A stretch of DNA of 63,534 nucleotides, filler included, from Chiloscyllium plagiosum (GCF_004010195.1; 4 parts of one record of this genome joined end to end with filler, not necessarily neighbours in it); one strand, 5' to 3'; shown: positions 12,353 through 26,172, numbered from the whole stretch's first letter. Program-made: numbers and translations. The notes: generated from the sequence alone by a model not told the origin.

Positions 12353-12667
12353 GGGGTGACATGGTGGCTCAGTGACTAGCACTGCTATCTCACAGCCGCA
12401 GGGACCCGGGTTCGATTCCGGCCTCTGGTGACTGTGTGGAGTTTGCACATTCTCCCCATCTGTGCGTGGGTTTCTTCCGGGTGCTCCGGTTTCCTCCCAC
12501 AGTCCAAAGGTGTGCAGGTCGGGGCGAATTGGCCATGCTAAATTGCCCGTAGTGTTAGGTGTAAGTTTGGGGAATGGGTCTGCGTGGGTTACTCTTCGGA
12601 GGGTCAGTGTGGACTTGTTGGGCTGAAGGGCCTGTTTCCATACTGTAGGGAATCTAACCTAATCTAA
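12353..12667 (+). mobile_element. HE1-type V-SINE
   Basis: Same head, core and tail as 1454-1785. Confidence 0.9.
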
Positions 12668-12779
12668 ACCAATTTTATAACCCTTCAAAATAGTCAATAC
12701 CAGATTTGCTAAGCTCAATGTGCTGTTTAGCAATGGTTTGAGTTATAGCTGAATTATGTTCACAGTAACTCTGTCCATG

Positions 12780-12985
12780 TAAAAACCAAACGAACTGTGG
12801 ACGCTGTAAATCAGAAACAAAAACAGAAATTGCTGGAAAAGCTCAGCAGGTCTGGCAGCATCTGTGGAGAGAAATCAGAGTTAGTGTTTTGGATCCCGTG
12901 ACCCTTCCTCAGGAATGGAGCGTTGGCGCTGATCCCTCTCCACAGATGCTGAGCTTTTCCAGCAAGTTGTGTTTTTTGTTTCTGT
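12780..12985. mobile_element. Penelope-like terminal fragment, family 4, partial inverted pair
   Basis: gctggaaaagctcagcaggtctggcagcatctgtggagag and its reverse complement; family recurs near 18990, 46870, 48555 and 52140. Confidence 0.65.
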
Positions 12986-14166
12986 CCTACTCCTTGTTGA
13001 GGTCAGGTTCTCCACACTCCAGAAGTGGAAAAGGGAGATGGGAGAAGGAACAGGGAAAGGATTACAAGCACTCTCTCTATCGGAGCTGAGAGCCCTGTGA
13101 CTATCTGGAGAGACTGAACAGACTGTGATTCGTTTCTTTAGACTAGAAAAGTCTCAGAAGGGGTTGACCTGATAGAGATCTTTAAGGAAAGGATTGATGG
13201 GATAGATGTAAAGAAGAGAGGGATTCGAAAAGGAAAGGGTCAGGAATATAAGATGGTGCGTGTTATGGTTTACTCAAAGTCCACATTCCTGTGGCAACAT
13301 ACCCTGTTGTACTCTGAGCTGTGACAGTGATCTGAGATTCAATGCTCTTTCCTCTAAATTACTGACCAGGAATCTCTCCCACTCTTTGTACATGTCATTG
13401 GCATTTGTTGGAAGCATTTACAAAGTTATGCACAACTTGTGTTTTTTTCATTCACTCATGGGACATGGGTGTCATTGGCTGAACCCAGTATTGATTGCCC
13501 ATCCCCAGTTGCCCCTTGAGAAAGTGGGGGTGAGCTGCCTTCTTGAACCACTGCAGTCCATGTGCTGTAGTTAAACCCACAATGCTGTTGGAGGGAGTGA
13601 GGGGGCGATGGTGGATTATGACTGAGTTTGACTGCATTATCAACACTCCTTCCTTGGTCGTCCAATCGTGGAGAAGGACTCAAACTTAAATCCTCTGGCT
13701 CAGAGGCAGGGACATTACCTACTACCCTCAAAAATAACAGATTGCTGTTAGTAAATCCACGAAAAATTCGGGGGAAACATCTTTAGTCAGAGAGGGGTGA
13801 GACGTAGAAACATGGAAAACAAGAGCTGGACTAGGCCATTCTGCCCTTCAGTCTGCTCCAACATTCAATATGATCATGGCAGATCATATTGAATTCAGTC
13901 TAGACCCAGTCCCCTGTACCCACTTTCTCTCCCTTTGATCCCTTTATCCCTAACTCTTCCTTGAAAACATTCGTTTTGGCCTCAACCCCTTCCTGTGGCA
14001 GGGAATCCTACAGGCTCCCCACTCTCTGGGTGAAGACATTTCTCTCCATCTCAGTCCCAACACACCTGCCCTGTATCCTTGGACTGTGATCCCTGGTTTT
14101 GAACTTCCTGGGTTATCAGCAACATCCTTCCTGTGTCTACCCCATCTCGACCTGTTAGAATTTTGT

Positions 14167-14480
14167 GGGCGGCACGGTGGCACAGTGGTTAGCACTGCTG
14201 CCTCACAGCGCTGGAGACCCGGGTTCAATTCCCGCCTCAGGCGACTGACTGTGTGGAGTTTGCACATTCTCCCCGTGTCTGCGTGGGTTTCCTCCGGGTG
14301 CTCCGGTTTCCTCCCACAGTCCAAAGATGTGCAGGTCAGGTGAATTGGCCATGCTAAATTGCCCATAGTGCTAGGTAAAGGGGTAAATGTCAGGGTATGG
14401 GTGGGTTGTGCTTCGGCGGGGCGGTGTGGACTTGTTGGGCCGAAGGGCCTGTTTCCACACTGTAATATAATCTAATCTAA
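14167..14480 (+). mobile_element. HE1-type V-SINE inserted in a minus-strand CR1 remnant (about 13805-14600)
   Basis: Near-identical to 1454-1785. Confidence 0.92.
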
Positions 14481-14696
14481 TTTTATCTGTTTCTATGAGA
14501 TCCCCACTCATTTTTTCTAAACTCCAGGGAATATAGTCCAATATAGACCAATCCAGTCCCTCTTCATATGTCAGCCCTGCCATCCCAGGAATCAGTATGG
14601 GGGACATTTGGCAAAGAATTTGGAACCTGCTCCCAAAGGGATTGGTTGAGTTGAATCGATGAATTAATCAGCAAGTTAGACAGGTACCGAACAGAG

Positions 14697-14882
14697 CAGG
14701 AGTGGGTACTGCAGATGCTGGAGATCAGAGCTAAGATTAGTGTGGTGCTGGAAAAGCGCAGCAGGTCAGGCAGCATCCCAGGAGCATTCCTGATGAAGGG
14801 CTTTTGCCCAAAAGGTCGATTTTCCTGCTCCTCGGATGCTGCCTGACCTGCTGTGCTTTTCCAGCACCACTCTAATCTTAAC
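14697..14882. mobile_element. Penelope-like terminal inverted pair, family 1
   Basis: Inverted arms; degenerate core CTGATGAagggcttttgcccAAAAggtc; 17-bp duplication with 2 mismatches at 14680-14696 / 14883-14899. Confidence 0.78.
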
Positions 14883-14994
14883 ACAGGTACCTGACAGAGA
14901 ATGGCGAGGGATGTGGGGTGTGAGAGTGTGACAGAGGGGATATTAAGATTGTACTCGGTGAGTGTGATCTCACTCAGGTTCTGGTGAGCAACAT

Positions 14995-15320
14995 TTCCAT
15001 TTTCAAATTCTCACCCTTGAGCTCAAACTCTTCCACAGTATCACCTCTACATGACTTCGATTGCTCCTTCATTGCCTGAATTGCACACAGCTCCAATTCC
15101 TTGTGTCGGGCCGATTTTTCAATCACTCTGCTATCAGTGGCTGTGCTTAAACTCCTCGACCTCTATCTGTCCTCCAGTAAGATGCTGCTTAACACCAACC
15201 CTTTGACTGTATTCGTGATGACCTTCCCTAAAGTTCATTTCCGAGGCTCGAAGTGTTTAGTTTTGTTTGTGTCCTGTGAAGCACCTGAAGGCGGTATATA
15301 AATGCAAGTTGTTATGGCCT
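14995..15320 (+). mobile_element. Old L2-like LINE 3' remnant
   Basis: tttcaaattctcacccttg (FKILTL) and terminal ctgtgaagcacc...tatataaatgcaagttgtt resemble recalled L2 tails. Confidence 0.5.
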
Positions 15321-15774
15321 GATTTTTGTGTGGAATCATTGGAGAATTTTAATAAGGTAGCATTGTCATGGCTACGACCTCAGAGCTGCTCAGAGATGCT
15401 CATACCTTGCAATATATTAACATCTCTGCAGACGAGGTCAATTCAGTAATGCCTCTCATTCTCTTTCCCCTCATTGTGTAGATGTGACTTCCCTCTCAGT
15501 GCATCAACACTCTTCATCTCTACCTGAATTGCCTGTGATAATGGGTACCACTTTCTGACCACTTTATCTCTGTAATGAAATGTTCTTATACTTTAAATGA
15601 AAATTACAGGTGACTTGTTGTTCTCAATCTATCGGAATCCACTTTTCACTGGCTATTTTCCTCCTCTGAGTTTTTGTTTTAACAGCATCCACCTACACTC
15701 CACACCCACTCCATCTCCCCTCAGCCCCACTCACACTGTTTGGTTTAGATACTGGACTCCCACTGGAATTGAAA

Positions 15775-16378
15775 ACTACAAGAGCAGCTCAGAGGCTGGG
15801 AATCCTGCAGCGAGTAACTCCCTAAAACCTGTTCACCATCTACACGGCACAAGTCAGGAGTGTGATGGAATGCTCCCCACTTGCCCTGGATGGGGGCAGC
15901 TGCAAAAACATGCAAGAAGCTTGACACCATCCAGGACAAAGCAGCCTCTTGATTGGCCCCACACCCACAAACATCCACTCCCTCCCCCACCGATGCTCAG
16001 TAGCAGCAGTGTGTACCATCCACAAGATGCACTGCAGAAACTCACCAAAGATCCTCAGACAGCACCTTCCAAACCCACGACCACTTCCATCTAGAAGGAC
16101 AAGGGGCAGCAGATACATGGGAACACCAACCCCCTGCAAGTTCCCCTCCAAGCCACTCCCCATCCTGACTTGGAAATATATCGCCGTTCCTTCAGTGTCA
16201 CTGGGTCAAAATCCTGGAATCCCCTCCCTAAGGGCATTGTGGGTCAACCCACAGCACATGGACTGCAGCGGTTCAAGAAGGCAGCTCACCCCCATCTTCT
16301 CAAGGGGTGACAAGGGATGGACAATACATGCTGTCCTTGTCAGTGATGCCTATGTCCCACGAGACAATAATAAAAGAT
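15775..16378 (+). mobile_element. LINE family B 3' end
   Basis: C-terminal coding remnant (HSLPHRCSVAAVCTIHKMHC) and tail agggatggacaatacatgctg...aataataaaa. Confidence 0.85.
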
Positions 16379-17056
16379 GTTGTAGAGTAATACAGCAAAG
16401 AAGATGCCCTTTGGCCTCTCAGGTCTATGCCCAACCCATCTTCATTAATCCCAATCAGGTCACCTCTCATTCATACAATCATACAGTGCTGAAGAGCCCA
16501 TTGAGTCAATGCTGTCAAAAACTCCTCTAAACCTACATTAATTCCGCATTCCTGCACTTGACCCATAGCCTTGAATGTTGGGATATTTCAGGGGCTCATC
16601 CAAGACCTTTTTAAGGGTTTCCCGCCTCAAATTCCCTCTCAGGCAGCACATTGCAGAGCCCACCACCCTCTGGCTGAAACAAATTTTCCTGAAATCCCCT
16701 CAAAACCTCCTGCCTTTCATCTTAAAATTGTCTTTTTTCTTCTCAGAGTGCAGAGGATGCCTGACCCTCCTGTTTATTTATTTTTTCTGACTTTTGTTTT
16801 CTTTTTCATCTTAAAATTGTTATTGACCCTTCATTTAAGGGGAACAGCTGCATTCTATCCACCCTGAGCGTGCCCCTCGTTGTTTTAAACACCTCGGCCT
16901 TTGTTGATGACATACCCAGCTCTCAGTGCCCATGGGCTGTTCGTCTACAAGGGGCATCAGTGCCCTCCCAGTGTTGAACAGGCTGCTTTGCTACTGGGCT
17001 GAACCAATGGCTGATTGTCTCCAATCCTCCTTTCCCAGATCATCTGAGAGGAGAGA

Positions 17057-17470
17057 AGTCATAGAGATGTACAGCATGGAAACAGACCCTTCGGTCCAAC
17101 CCGTCCATGCTGACCTGATATCCCAACCCAATCTAGTCCCACCTGCCAGCACCCGGCCCATATCCCTCCAAACCCTTCCTATTCATATACCCATTCAAGT
17201 GCCTTTTAAATGTTGTAATTATACCAGCCTCCACCACTTCCTCTGGCAGCTCATTCCATACACATACCACCCTCTGCGTGAAAAATCAGCCTCTCCCTGT
17301 AGCTCAAATCCTCCAACCCTGGCAACATCCTTGTAAATCTTTTCTGAACCCTTTCAAGTTTCACAACATCTTTCCGATAGGAAGGAGACCAGAATTGCAC
17401 GCAATATTCCAACAGTGGCCTAACCAATGTCCTGTACAACCACAACATGACCTCCCAGCTCCTGTACTCA
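17057..17470 (-). mobile_element. CR1 3' fragment with internal deletion
   Basis: LYRTLVRPLLEYCVQFWSPSYRKDVVKLERVQKRFTRMLPGL on the minus strand. Confidence 0.9.
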
Positions 17471-17557
17471 AAAATTCTAATTTTAAACATTCATGGGATG
17501 TGGGCGTCACTCGCTGAGTCAGCATTTATTGCTCATTCCTAGTTGCCCCTTGAGAAG

Positions 17558-17744
17558 GTGCCACTGTTGGACTGGAGTGGACAGTGTCAAAGATCATTCG
17601 ACACCGGCTTATTGTCCAACCAGTTTGTTTGAAATCACAAGCTTTCCGAGCGAGCTGCCTGAGGAAGGAGCGGGAGGCTCTGGAAGTTTGCGGCTTTGAG
17701 TAAACCTGTTGGACTGTACCCCAGTGTCGTGTGATTTTTTTCCT
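17558..17744. mobile_element. Penelope-like terminal inverted pair, family 2, with 15-bp TSD
   Basis: TTGCCCCTTGAGAAG at 17543-17557 and 17745-17759; degenerate CTGAGGA..GGAA core on the plus strand. Confidence 0.72.
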
Positions 17745-17759
17745 TTGCCCCTTGAGAAG

Positions 17760-18080
17760 ATTAGATTAGATTCCCTACAGTGTGGAAATAGGCCCTTCGG
17801 CCCAACAAGTCCACACCGACCCGCCGAAGAGTAACCCACCCAGACCCATTCCACCACATTCACCCCTGGCTATTGCACCTAACACTACGGGCAATTTAGC
17901 ATGGCCAATTCACCCTGACCTGCACATCTTTGGACTGTGGGAGGAAACCGGAGCACCCGGAGGAAACCCACGCAGACACGGGGAGAATGTGCAAACTCCA
18001 CACAGGGAGTCGCCTGAGGCGGGAATTGAACCTGGGTCCCTGGCGCTGTGAGGCAGCAGTGCTAACCACTGAGCCACCCC
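17760..18080 (-). mobile_element. HE1-type V-SINE
   Basis: Reverse complement of the HE1 head, core and tail. Confidence 0.9.
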
Positions 18081-19269
18081 TTGTTGAATGTGGGGGTGAG
18101 CTGCCTTCTTGAACCGTTGCAGTCTATGTGCTGTGGGTAGACCCACAATGCCCTTTGGGAGGGGATTCCAGGATTGTGACACAGTGACACTGAAGGAACG
18201 GCGATATATTTCCAAGTCAGGATGGGGAGGGGCTTGGAGGGGAACATACAGGGAGCGTTCTTAATGTTTCACGTGTGATTAGCTGGAATGGCTCCTGGAA
18301 TGAAGAAATAAAACAATAATGTGGCGGAAATACTCAGCAGGTTGGATAGCAGCTACAGGGGAGAGAAACACAACATTGTTTCAGATGAATGGCCTTACAT
18401 CAGAAACTGGAACCCGTCAAAAATGTAATTGGCTCGAAGCAAGTACAGAATCTGAGAAAGATGGGAGAGGTGGAAGTCTGTGTTATGGTCGGAGCAGGAC
18501 TCAGGAAATGGCGAAAAGATGCAAGGCTGAAAGGGCACTTAATGCGGAACGTTGGAAGTCTGTCATGAGGAATTCTCCCAAGTCCACTCTCCCTTTCATC
18601 GTAACAATGTCACTGGGCCTGGAACCCAGAGGTTAATGCTCTGGGGACCTCGGTTTAAACCCCATCACTGATGGAATTTCAATTCTCTTAATAATTGAAA
18701 ACCAATCTCAATGATGGTGACAATGACAGCTCACTGATTGTTGTGAAAGTCCTTCAGGGAAGGAAATCTGCTGTCCTTACTCGGTCTGGCCTACACGTGA
18801 CTCCAGACCCGTGGCTATGGGGTTGATAGTTAATTGCCCTCTGAAATGGCCAAGCAAACCGCTCCATTCATGGGCAGTTAGGGATGGGCAATAAATGCTG
18901 GTCTTTCCCATGTCTGAAAGAATCTCCGAGGCTGCAGTCAGGAATGTGATGGAATGCTCCCCACTTGCCTTCAGAACCTAATCTGGAATGTGATGTTCTG
19001 AAGAGGCTGTATCAGACTCAAAGCCTTAACTCTGTTTCTCTCTCCAGCGAAGCTGCCAGACTTGCTGAGTTTCTCCAGCATCATCTCTGTGTGTGTAAAA
19101 AAAAAAGTCATAATGATTAGCATCAACTAATTAATGGCATGAAAGACAATGCAATGATGGAAGAGTCAAGGAGCTGTGGCTGAGACTCAGTATCCCCTTT
19201 GTGTGTTTATTTTCCTTTTCATGTATTTACCAAATTACCTTTTTGAAAGTCACTATTGAACCAAACATT

Positions 19270-19690
19270 AGGGAGACAGGAAATCAGTTACTCATCAAAG
19301 GATTTCCAGCTTCTGACTGATTCTTGTGGCCACAGTATTTATGTGGTTGGTTCAGTTCCGATTCTGGTCAATAGTAAAACAGGGTGGAGTCATAGGGCAT
19401 GGAAACAGATGTTGATATTGAGGGATTCAGCAATTGTCAGAGTCTCCGTTATTGGAGATGACCATAGCCTGGTGTTTGTGTGGCATGAATGCCACTTGTC
19501 AGCCCAAGCCTGCTCTTGCTGCTTTTGGACATGGACTGCTTCAGTATCCAAGGAGTCGCAAATGGTACTGAACATTGTCCAATCATCGGTGAGCATTCCC
19601 ACTTCTGATCTTATGATGGAGGGAAGGTCAATGATGAAGCAGTTGGGCAGAGAACACTCCCTGAGGAACTCCCGAAGAGATGTCATTTTA
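19270..19690 (-). mobile_element. LINE family B RT fragment, degenerate
   Basis: CFIIDLPSIIRSEVGMLTDD (FADD-equivalent) on the minus strand. Confidence 0.8.
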
Positions 19691-20041
19691 CCAAATCACC
19701 CACCACCACACCCCTCTCTGGCAATCATGATTCTCCCGCAGCTGAATAGTTAGGGGCAGTGGACAAGAAACTCTCCCTGTTCTCTGCTGTAAAAGCCACT
19801 TTCACCTGAAAGGAAACCAGTTTAGTTTCCCTTTAGTAAGTGCTGTGACTTTTAACTAATAAGGTTAGGCAATGTTCAGAAGTAAACCAACCACCATGTG
19901 ACTCTTGCAAACCAGTGAAAGCATCTAGAGAAGGATGACTGAGAAGGAACAGTCTGAAGGACATCTCCTCAGACCGTGAGAACAGAAACCACTCAACTGC
20001 TTCACCAGTTTTCCCTCTGTCCATAACACCCATTCTTTTCC

Positions 20042-20586
20042 GTGTGAGTTTGTGAGTTTGTGTGTGTGTGTCTGTGATTGTCTTTGTATGAGCGCATGTG
20101 TAAGTGTTTTTGTTTGTGTGTCTATGTGTACGAATGTGTATCTGTGTTTTTATCTGTGTGTCTGTGTCTTTGTCTGTCTGTGTCTTTGTACGTGTGTGTC
20201 TATGTCTTTGTGTGTGCATGTCTGTGTGTGTGTGTCTGTGTGTGTGTCTGTGTCTTTGTCTGTCTGTGTGTGCATGCATGTGTGGAGGAGAAATGAGGAC
20301 TGAAGATGCTGGAGAGTCCGAATCGAAAATTGTGGCGCCGGAAAAACACAGCTGGTCAGGCAGCATCCGAGGAGCAGGAGAGTCGACGTGTCAGGCATAA
20401 ACCCTTCACTGGACCCACATTCCGATGAAGAGCTTATGCCCGAAACGTCGACTCTTCTGCTCCTCAGATACTGCCTGACTTGCTGCGCTTTTCCAGCGTT
20501 ATCCTTTTCGACTCTGTGTGTATGTGTGTCTGTGCGTCTCTGTGTCGGTGTCTTTGTCTATGTGTCTGTGTTTGTGTCTGTGTGTA
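20042..20586. repeat. GT-rich low-complexity tract split by a family-1 PLE inverted pair (about 20286-20513)
   Basis: (GT/GTCT)n on both sides; inverted arms with mutated core CCGATGAagagcttatgcccGAAAcgtc. Confidence 0.85.
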
Positions 20587-21369
20587 TAATAGGGGAGTTT
20601 ATAAGGAGGTTAGAGTTTTTAATTTCTATGCTGACAATTCATTTCATTTTTATTTATCTTTAGCTGGAGTCTAATTACTAATCACTTGCAATTCTTGATA
20701 AGTGCAGAAACGTGGTCTGTGCTTTCGGTCTGAAGGACGGGTAAATTGGGGAATTCTGTGCATTTAATAACATTTTTAATTTTTGTGATGGCTCTGGGGC
20801 TGTGATGGGGCTTGATTTCCAGTGTGAGGAGGAAGAGAAACTTCAGCCCCTTGTCAGTGAATGGGACCTTTGCCGAGCTAGGTCCTGTCCCAGCAGAGAA
20901 ACACCTCAGAGATTGTTCTCCCAATAAGAATCCGACAATGAAAAGCTATCAGGCTTGGCTCAGGTAACTCCATTCCCCAACTGCAAAACCAGTGATTCCA
21001 GTCGCTTCAGAGAGAGGCTGTGTGGGGTTTTGATGTGATAATTGTTGACTGTTCAGTCGTTTAGCAACTCCCTAAATCTTTGGTGCGTAGGCTTGTTTTT
21101 GAAATTAAGCAATGGGGGGGGGAGGTGGGGTGGGGCTGCATGTTCGCTCCAATAACAACCTGCACTTGTATAGCACCGTTTGTGTAATTAAGTTGAATAA
21201 GGTGCCTCATAGGATCGGCCATCAAACAGAATTTGGCATGGGGGCAGGGGGAGGGGTCACATAATGAGAAAGCTGGACGCCTATTCAAAGAATGGCAGCA
21301 GGCACATGTTCCAGGGGCATCTTCAAGGGCAAGGTGGAGGAAGCAAAATGGAAAAGGGGGCATATTTTA

Positions 21370-21717
21370 TCATCTCTGGGACACCCGCACCCACCAACCC
21401 CACCACCCCATGGCTGAACACTTCAACTCCCCCTCCCACTCCACCGAGGACATGCAGGTCCTGGGCCTCCTCCATCGCTAAACACTTACCACCCGACGTC
21501 TGGAGGAAGAACGCCTCATCTTTCACCTTGGGACCCTGCAACCACACAGGATCAATGTGGATTTCACCAGTTTCTTCATTTCCCCTCCCCCACATTATCC
21601 CAGTCCCAAGCCTCCAACTTGGCACCGTCCTCCTGACCTGTCCATCACTTTCCCCATCTATCCGCTCCACCCTCCTCTCTGACCTATCACCTTCTCCCCC
21701 ACCTTCATCTACCTATC
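21370..21717 (+). mobile_element. Penelope-like element, GIY-YIG endonuclease C-terminus and start of 3' UTR
   Basis: HP(M/V)AEHFNSPSHS.EDMQVLGLLH...RRLEEERLIF.LGTLQP..INVDF; runs into a gap. Confidence 0.85.
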
Positions 21718-21817
21718 NNNNNNNNNNNNNNNNNNNNNNNNNNNNNNNNNNNNNNNNNNNNTTAATTAATTAANNNNNNNNNNNNNNNNNNNNNNNNNNN
21801 NNNNNNNNNNNNNNNNN
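21718..21817. other. Assembly gap: 44 N + TTAATTAATTAA + 44 N
   Basis: Identical 100-nt construct at 51252-51351 and 59207-59306. Confidence 0.97.
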
Positions 21818-23078
21818 GATTTCACCTGGTTTCCTAATCTTGCCATTTCTATCCCTCATTTTCACAGGCACATGTCTGTCCTGCACTCTCTTTAAAAGCC
21901 TCCCACATATCAAATGTGGATTTCCCTTCCAATAGCTGCTCCCAATCCACATTCCCCAGCTCCTGCCGAATTTTGGTAGAGTTGGCCTTTCCCCCAGTTG
22001 AACAATCTTCCTTTAGGACCACTCTCGTCTTTGTCCATGAGTATTCTAAAACTTACGGAATTGTGATCACTATTCCCAAAGTAATCCCGTACTGAAACTT
22101 CACTCACCTGGCCGGGCTCATTCCCCAACACCAGGTCCAGTGTGGCCCCTTCCCAAGTTGGACTAATTACACACTGCTCTAGAAAACCCTCCTGGATGCT
22201 CCTTTCCAATTCTGCTCCATCCAATCCTCTAACACTAAGCGAATCCCAATCAATGTTGGGAAAATTAAAATCTCCTATCACCACCACCCTGTTGCTCTCA
22301 CATCTTTCCATAATCTGTTCACATATTTGTACCTCTGTCTCACACTCACTGTTGGGAGACCTGTAGTACAGCCCCAACATTGTTACCGCACCCTTCCTAT
22401 TTCTGAGCCCTGCCCATATTGCCTCACTGTTTGATTCCTCCATAGTGCCCTCCTTCAGCACAGCTGTGATATCCTCCCTGAGCAGTAATGCAACTCCTCC
22501 ACCCCTTATACCTCCCTCTCTATCCCGCCTGAAACATCAATATCCTGGGGTATCCAGTTGCTCATCATGCCCTTCCCTCAACCAAGTTTCAGTGATAGCA
22601 ATAGCATCATGCTTCCAGGTACTAATTCAAGCCCTAAGTTCATCTGCCTTACCTACTATACTACTTGCATTAAAACAAATGCGCCTCAGAGCACCAGTCC
22701 TTTTGTGTTCATCATCTGATCCCTGCCTACTCTGATACTTAGTCACCTCCTCACTTGGTTCCCATCCCCTCTCCCCCTGCCTCACTAGTTTAAACCCTTC
22801 CCCTACCACGTTAGCAAAAGCACCCAGCGGTAATCTAGGAGCCTGGAGCACAGCGGTCCAAATAATGGAATTTGGAGGCAAGGAAGCACATGGATAAATG
22901 TTGCAGCCCCAGATGAACTAACGTGGATAACACCAAAGGACCATATTTGTACCTCTGTCTCACCCTCACTGTTGGGAGGCCTGTGGTACAGCCCCAATAT
23001 TGTTACCGCACCCTTCCTATTTCTGAGCTCTGCCCATAATGCCTTGCTTGATTCCTCCATAGTGCCCTCCTTCAGCAC
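21818..23078 (-). mobile_element. CR1 LINE ORF2 N-terminus (APE endonuclease), with a partial tandem copy at about 22941-23078
   Basis: ICFNASSIVGKADELRA ... GLYYRSPNS ... VVIGDFNFPNIDW ... LDLVLGNEP ... GNSDHNSV. Confidence 0.92.
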
Positions 23079-23549
23079 AACAGAAGTAGGCCATTCAGCC
23101 CGTCAAGTCTGCTCCCCCATTCAATGAGTTCATGGCTAATCCCCAACTCCCCTTTCCTGCCTTTTCCCCATAGCCCTTGATTCCCTTCCTGATTAAAAAT
23201 CTCTCTCTCTCAGCCGTGAACAGACTTAATGGCCCAGTCTCAACGGTCCTCTGCGGTAAAGAATTTTCCAGATTCACTCCGCACAGACAGAGGAAATTCC
23301 TCCTCAACTCTATCTTAAATATGGGTGACACCTTCATTCTGAGATGATGCCCTCTGGTTCCCACAGGGGGAAACAACCTTTCCACATCTCCCCGTGTCAT
23401 ATCCCCTCAGAATCTTGTATCGAGAGTGTGGTGCTGGGAAAGCCCAGCAGGTCAGGCAGCATCTGAGGAGCAGGAGAATCGATGTTCCGGGCACAAGCCC
23501 TTCATCAGGAATGAGTTTTCTCCTCACTTTCTCTTCAGAATTTTGTGTG

Positions 23550-24049
23550 NNNNNNNNNNNNNNNNNNNNNNNNNNNNNNNNNNNNNNNNNNNNNNNNNNN
23601 NNNNNNNNNNNNNNNNNNNNNNNNNNNNNNNNNNNNNNNNNNNNNNNNNNNNNNNNNNNNNNNNNNNNNNNNNNNNNNNNNNNNNNNNNNNNNNNNNNNN
23701 NNNNNNNNNNNNNNNNNNNNNNNNNNNNNNNNNNNNNNNNNNNNNNNNNNNNNNNNNNNNNNNNNNNNNNNNNNNNNNNNNNNNNNNNNNNNNNNNNNNN
23801 NNNNNNNNNNNNNNNNNNNNNNNNNNNNNNNNNNNNNNNNNNNNNNNNNNNNNNNNNNNNNNNNNNNNNNNNNNNNNNNNNNNNNNNNNNNNNNNNNNNN
23901 NNNNNNNNNNNNNNNNNNNNNNNNNNNNNNNNNNNNNNNNNNNNNNNNNNNNNNNNNNNNNNNNNNNNNNNNNNNNNNNNNNNNNNNNNNNNNNNNNNNN
24001 NNNNNNNNNNNNNNNNNNNNNNNNNNNNNNNNNNNNNNNNNNNNNNNNN
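23550..24049. other. Assembly gap (500 N)
   Basis: N run. Confidence 0.99.
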
Positions 24050-25164
24050 CTCAGTGTCAATGCTGCCAAATTCCTGATATCTCCTTTCACTGTCACTGAC
24101 ATTGTGCAGGCATTTTCCAAAATGTTGTCCACTCTGGAAAGATCCCATCAGATGGGAGATGGCCCAAACGGACAGAGACAGGAAACAGGAGCATATGAGC
24201 CGATTAGGCTGACATCTGGCAGTGGGAAAATTACAGCAGGGGACTTAAAACGTCTTAGTGCTATCAGGCAAAGACAGCATGTCTTTGTCAAACAGAAATA
24301 GTGTTTGTCGGATTTGTTAGCGTTCTTTGAAATGAAACAAGTGGGATAGGTAAAGGGGAGCTGGTGGATGTGGTGTATGTGGTTTGCTGGAAGACCCATC
24401 AAGGGTTACTTTGAGGATATTGATGAATTCTTACAGCCATCCCCAGTCTACATTCCCCAGTTCCTGCCCAGTTTTGCGAGAGTTGGCCTTCTCCCAATTT
24501 AATACTTTCACCTGAGGACGACTTTATCCAGAAGTAGCTTAAAACTTACTGAATGATGGTCAGTGTTCTCGAAATGCTACCCCACTGAAACGTTGATCAC
24601 CTGGTTGGGTTCATTCCCCAACCCCAGGTTTATAATGGCCCCTTCCCGAATTGTACAATTCACATCTTGTTTCAATGTGAGGAGATGTTGCTATTTCGTG
24701 ACTGCATCACTGAATGAATGAGCTAGTGACAATACAAAAATGTTAATCTCTATATTAAAGAGTAATTCAGATGAAACCTTAAGGGGAGCCCCCTTGAAAA
24801 AGATATTCAAAAAAATTGGAGCTGGTTTTATAGCCTGAACAACCAAGTTGTGTGTAATTATCTGACCAAGCCTTGGCTGTAAGAAGTATTACATTCCAAC
24901 CTGCGCATTCAACGCTCTTCAGAGAGACCTAGAGTCAAATAGCAAGATTTCTTAATGAACCGCCAATAAAGAGTTTGACTGCACTGAGGCTTTCAGCCAT
25001 GGACACCAGAAGATTATGAAGGCTTTGCAAAAGAATGTTCAATCAGAATTGATCACAGAGAACCTGGGACGATTCTCCTCAAAACAAGAAAACAGTATCA
25101 CCGTTCCTTCACTGGGTCAAAACTTTGGAACTCCTGGTAGAAATGTGTGCTGCATACTGCTCAG

Positions 25165-25750
25165 AGTCATAGAACTGTAGAACACTGAAACAGACCCTTG
25201 TCCGTGCTGGCCAGATATCCTCAACTAATCTTGTTCCATTTGCCAGCACTTGGCCCATATCCCTCCAAACCCTTCCTATCCATATACCCATCCAGATGCC
25301 TTTTAAATGTTGCAATTGTACCAGCCTCCACCACTTCCTCTGGCAGCTCATTCCATACACACACCACCCTCTGCGTGAAAAAGTTGCCCATTAGATCCCT
25401 TTTATATCTTTCCCCTCTCAGCCTAAACTTATGCCCTCTAGTTCTGGATTTGCCTACCCCAGGGAAAAGACTTTATCTATTTACCTTATCCTTACCCCTC
25501 ATGATTGTACAAACCTCTGTAAGATCAACCCTCAGCCTCCAACGCTCCAGGGAAAACAGTCCCAGTCTGTTCAGCCTCTCCCTATAGCTCAAGCCCTCCA
25601 ACCCTGGCAACATCCTTGTAAATGTTTTCTGAACCCTTTCAAGTTTCACAACATCATTCCGATAGGAGGGCAATCAGACCTGCACACGATATTCCAATAG
25701 TGGCCTAACCAATGTCCTGTACAGCCGCAACATGACCTCCCAACTCCGTC
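25165..25750 (-). mobile_element. CR1 (HER1-like) 3' end
   Basis: VVKLERVQKTFTRMLPGLEGLSYRERLNRLGLFSLE on the minus strand, plus 3' UTR. Confidence 0.9.
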
Positions 25751-25867
25751 TGGAGTGCTGCATGCAGCTTTGATCCCCTAACTTGAGGAAAGGTATAATT
25801 GCATTGAACACAGCTCAGAGATGGTTCACAATCAGTTCCAGAGATAAAAAGTTTGTCTTCTGAAGAG

Positions 25868-26172
25868 AGATTAGATTACTTACAATGTGCAAACAGGCCC
25901 TTCGGCCCAACAAGTCCACACCGACCCGCCGAAGCACACCCACCCAGACCCATTCCCCTGCACCTAACACTATGGGCAATTTAGCATGGCCAATTCACCC
26001 TAACCTGCACATCTTTGGACTGTGGGAGAAAACCGGAGCACCCGGAGGAAACCCACGCAGACACGGGGAGAGCATGCAAACTCCACACAGTCAGTCGCCC
26101 GAGGCAGGAATTGAACCCGGGTCTCTGGCGCTGTGAGGCAGCAGTGCTAACCACTGAGCCACCGTGCCGCCC
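25868..26172 (-). mobile_element. HE1-type V-SINE inserted in an older plus-strand CR1 (about 25750-26555)
   Basis: Reverse complement of HE1; CR1 remnant resumes on both sides. Confidence 0.9.

Noticed and set aside
23315..24301. Long ORFs spanning X runs
   Set aside because: Artefacts of translating the 500-N gap.
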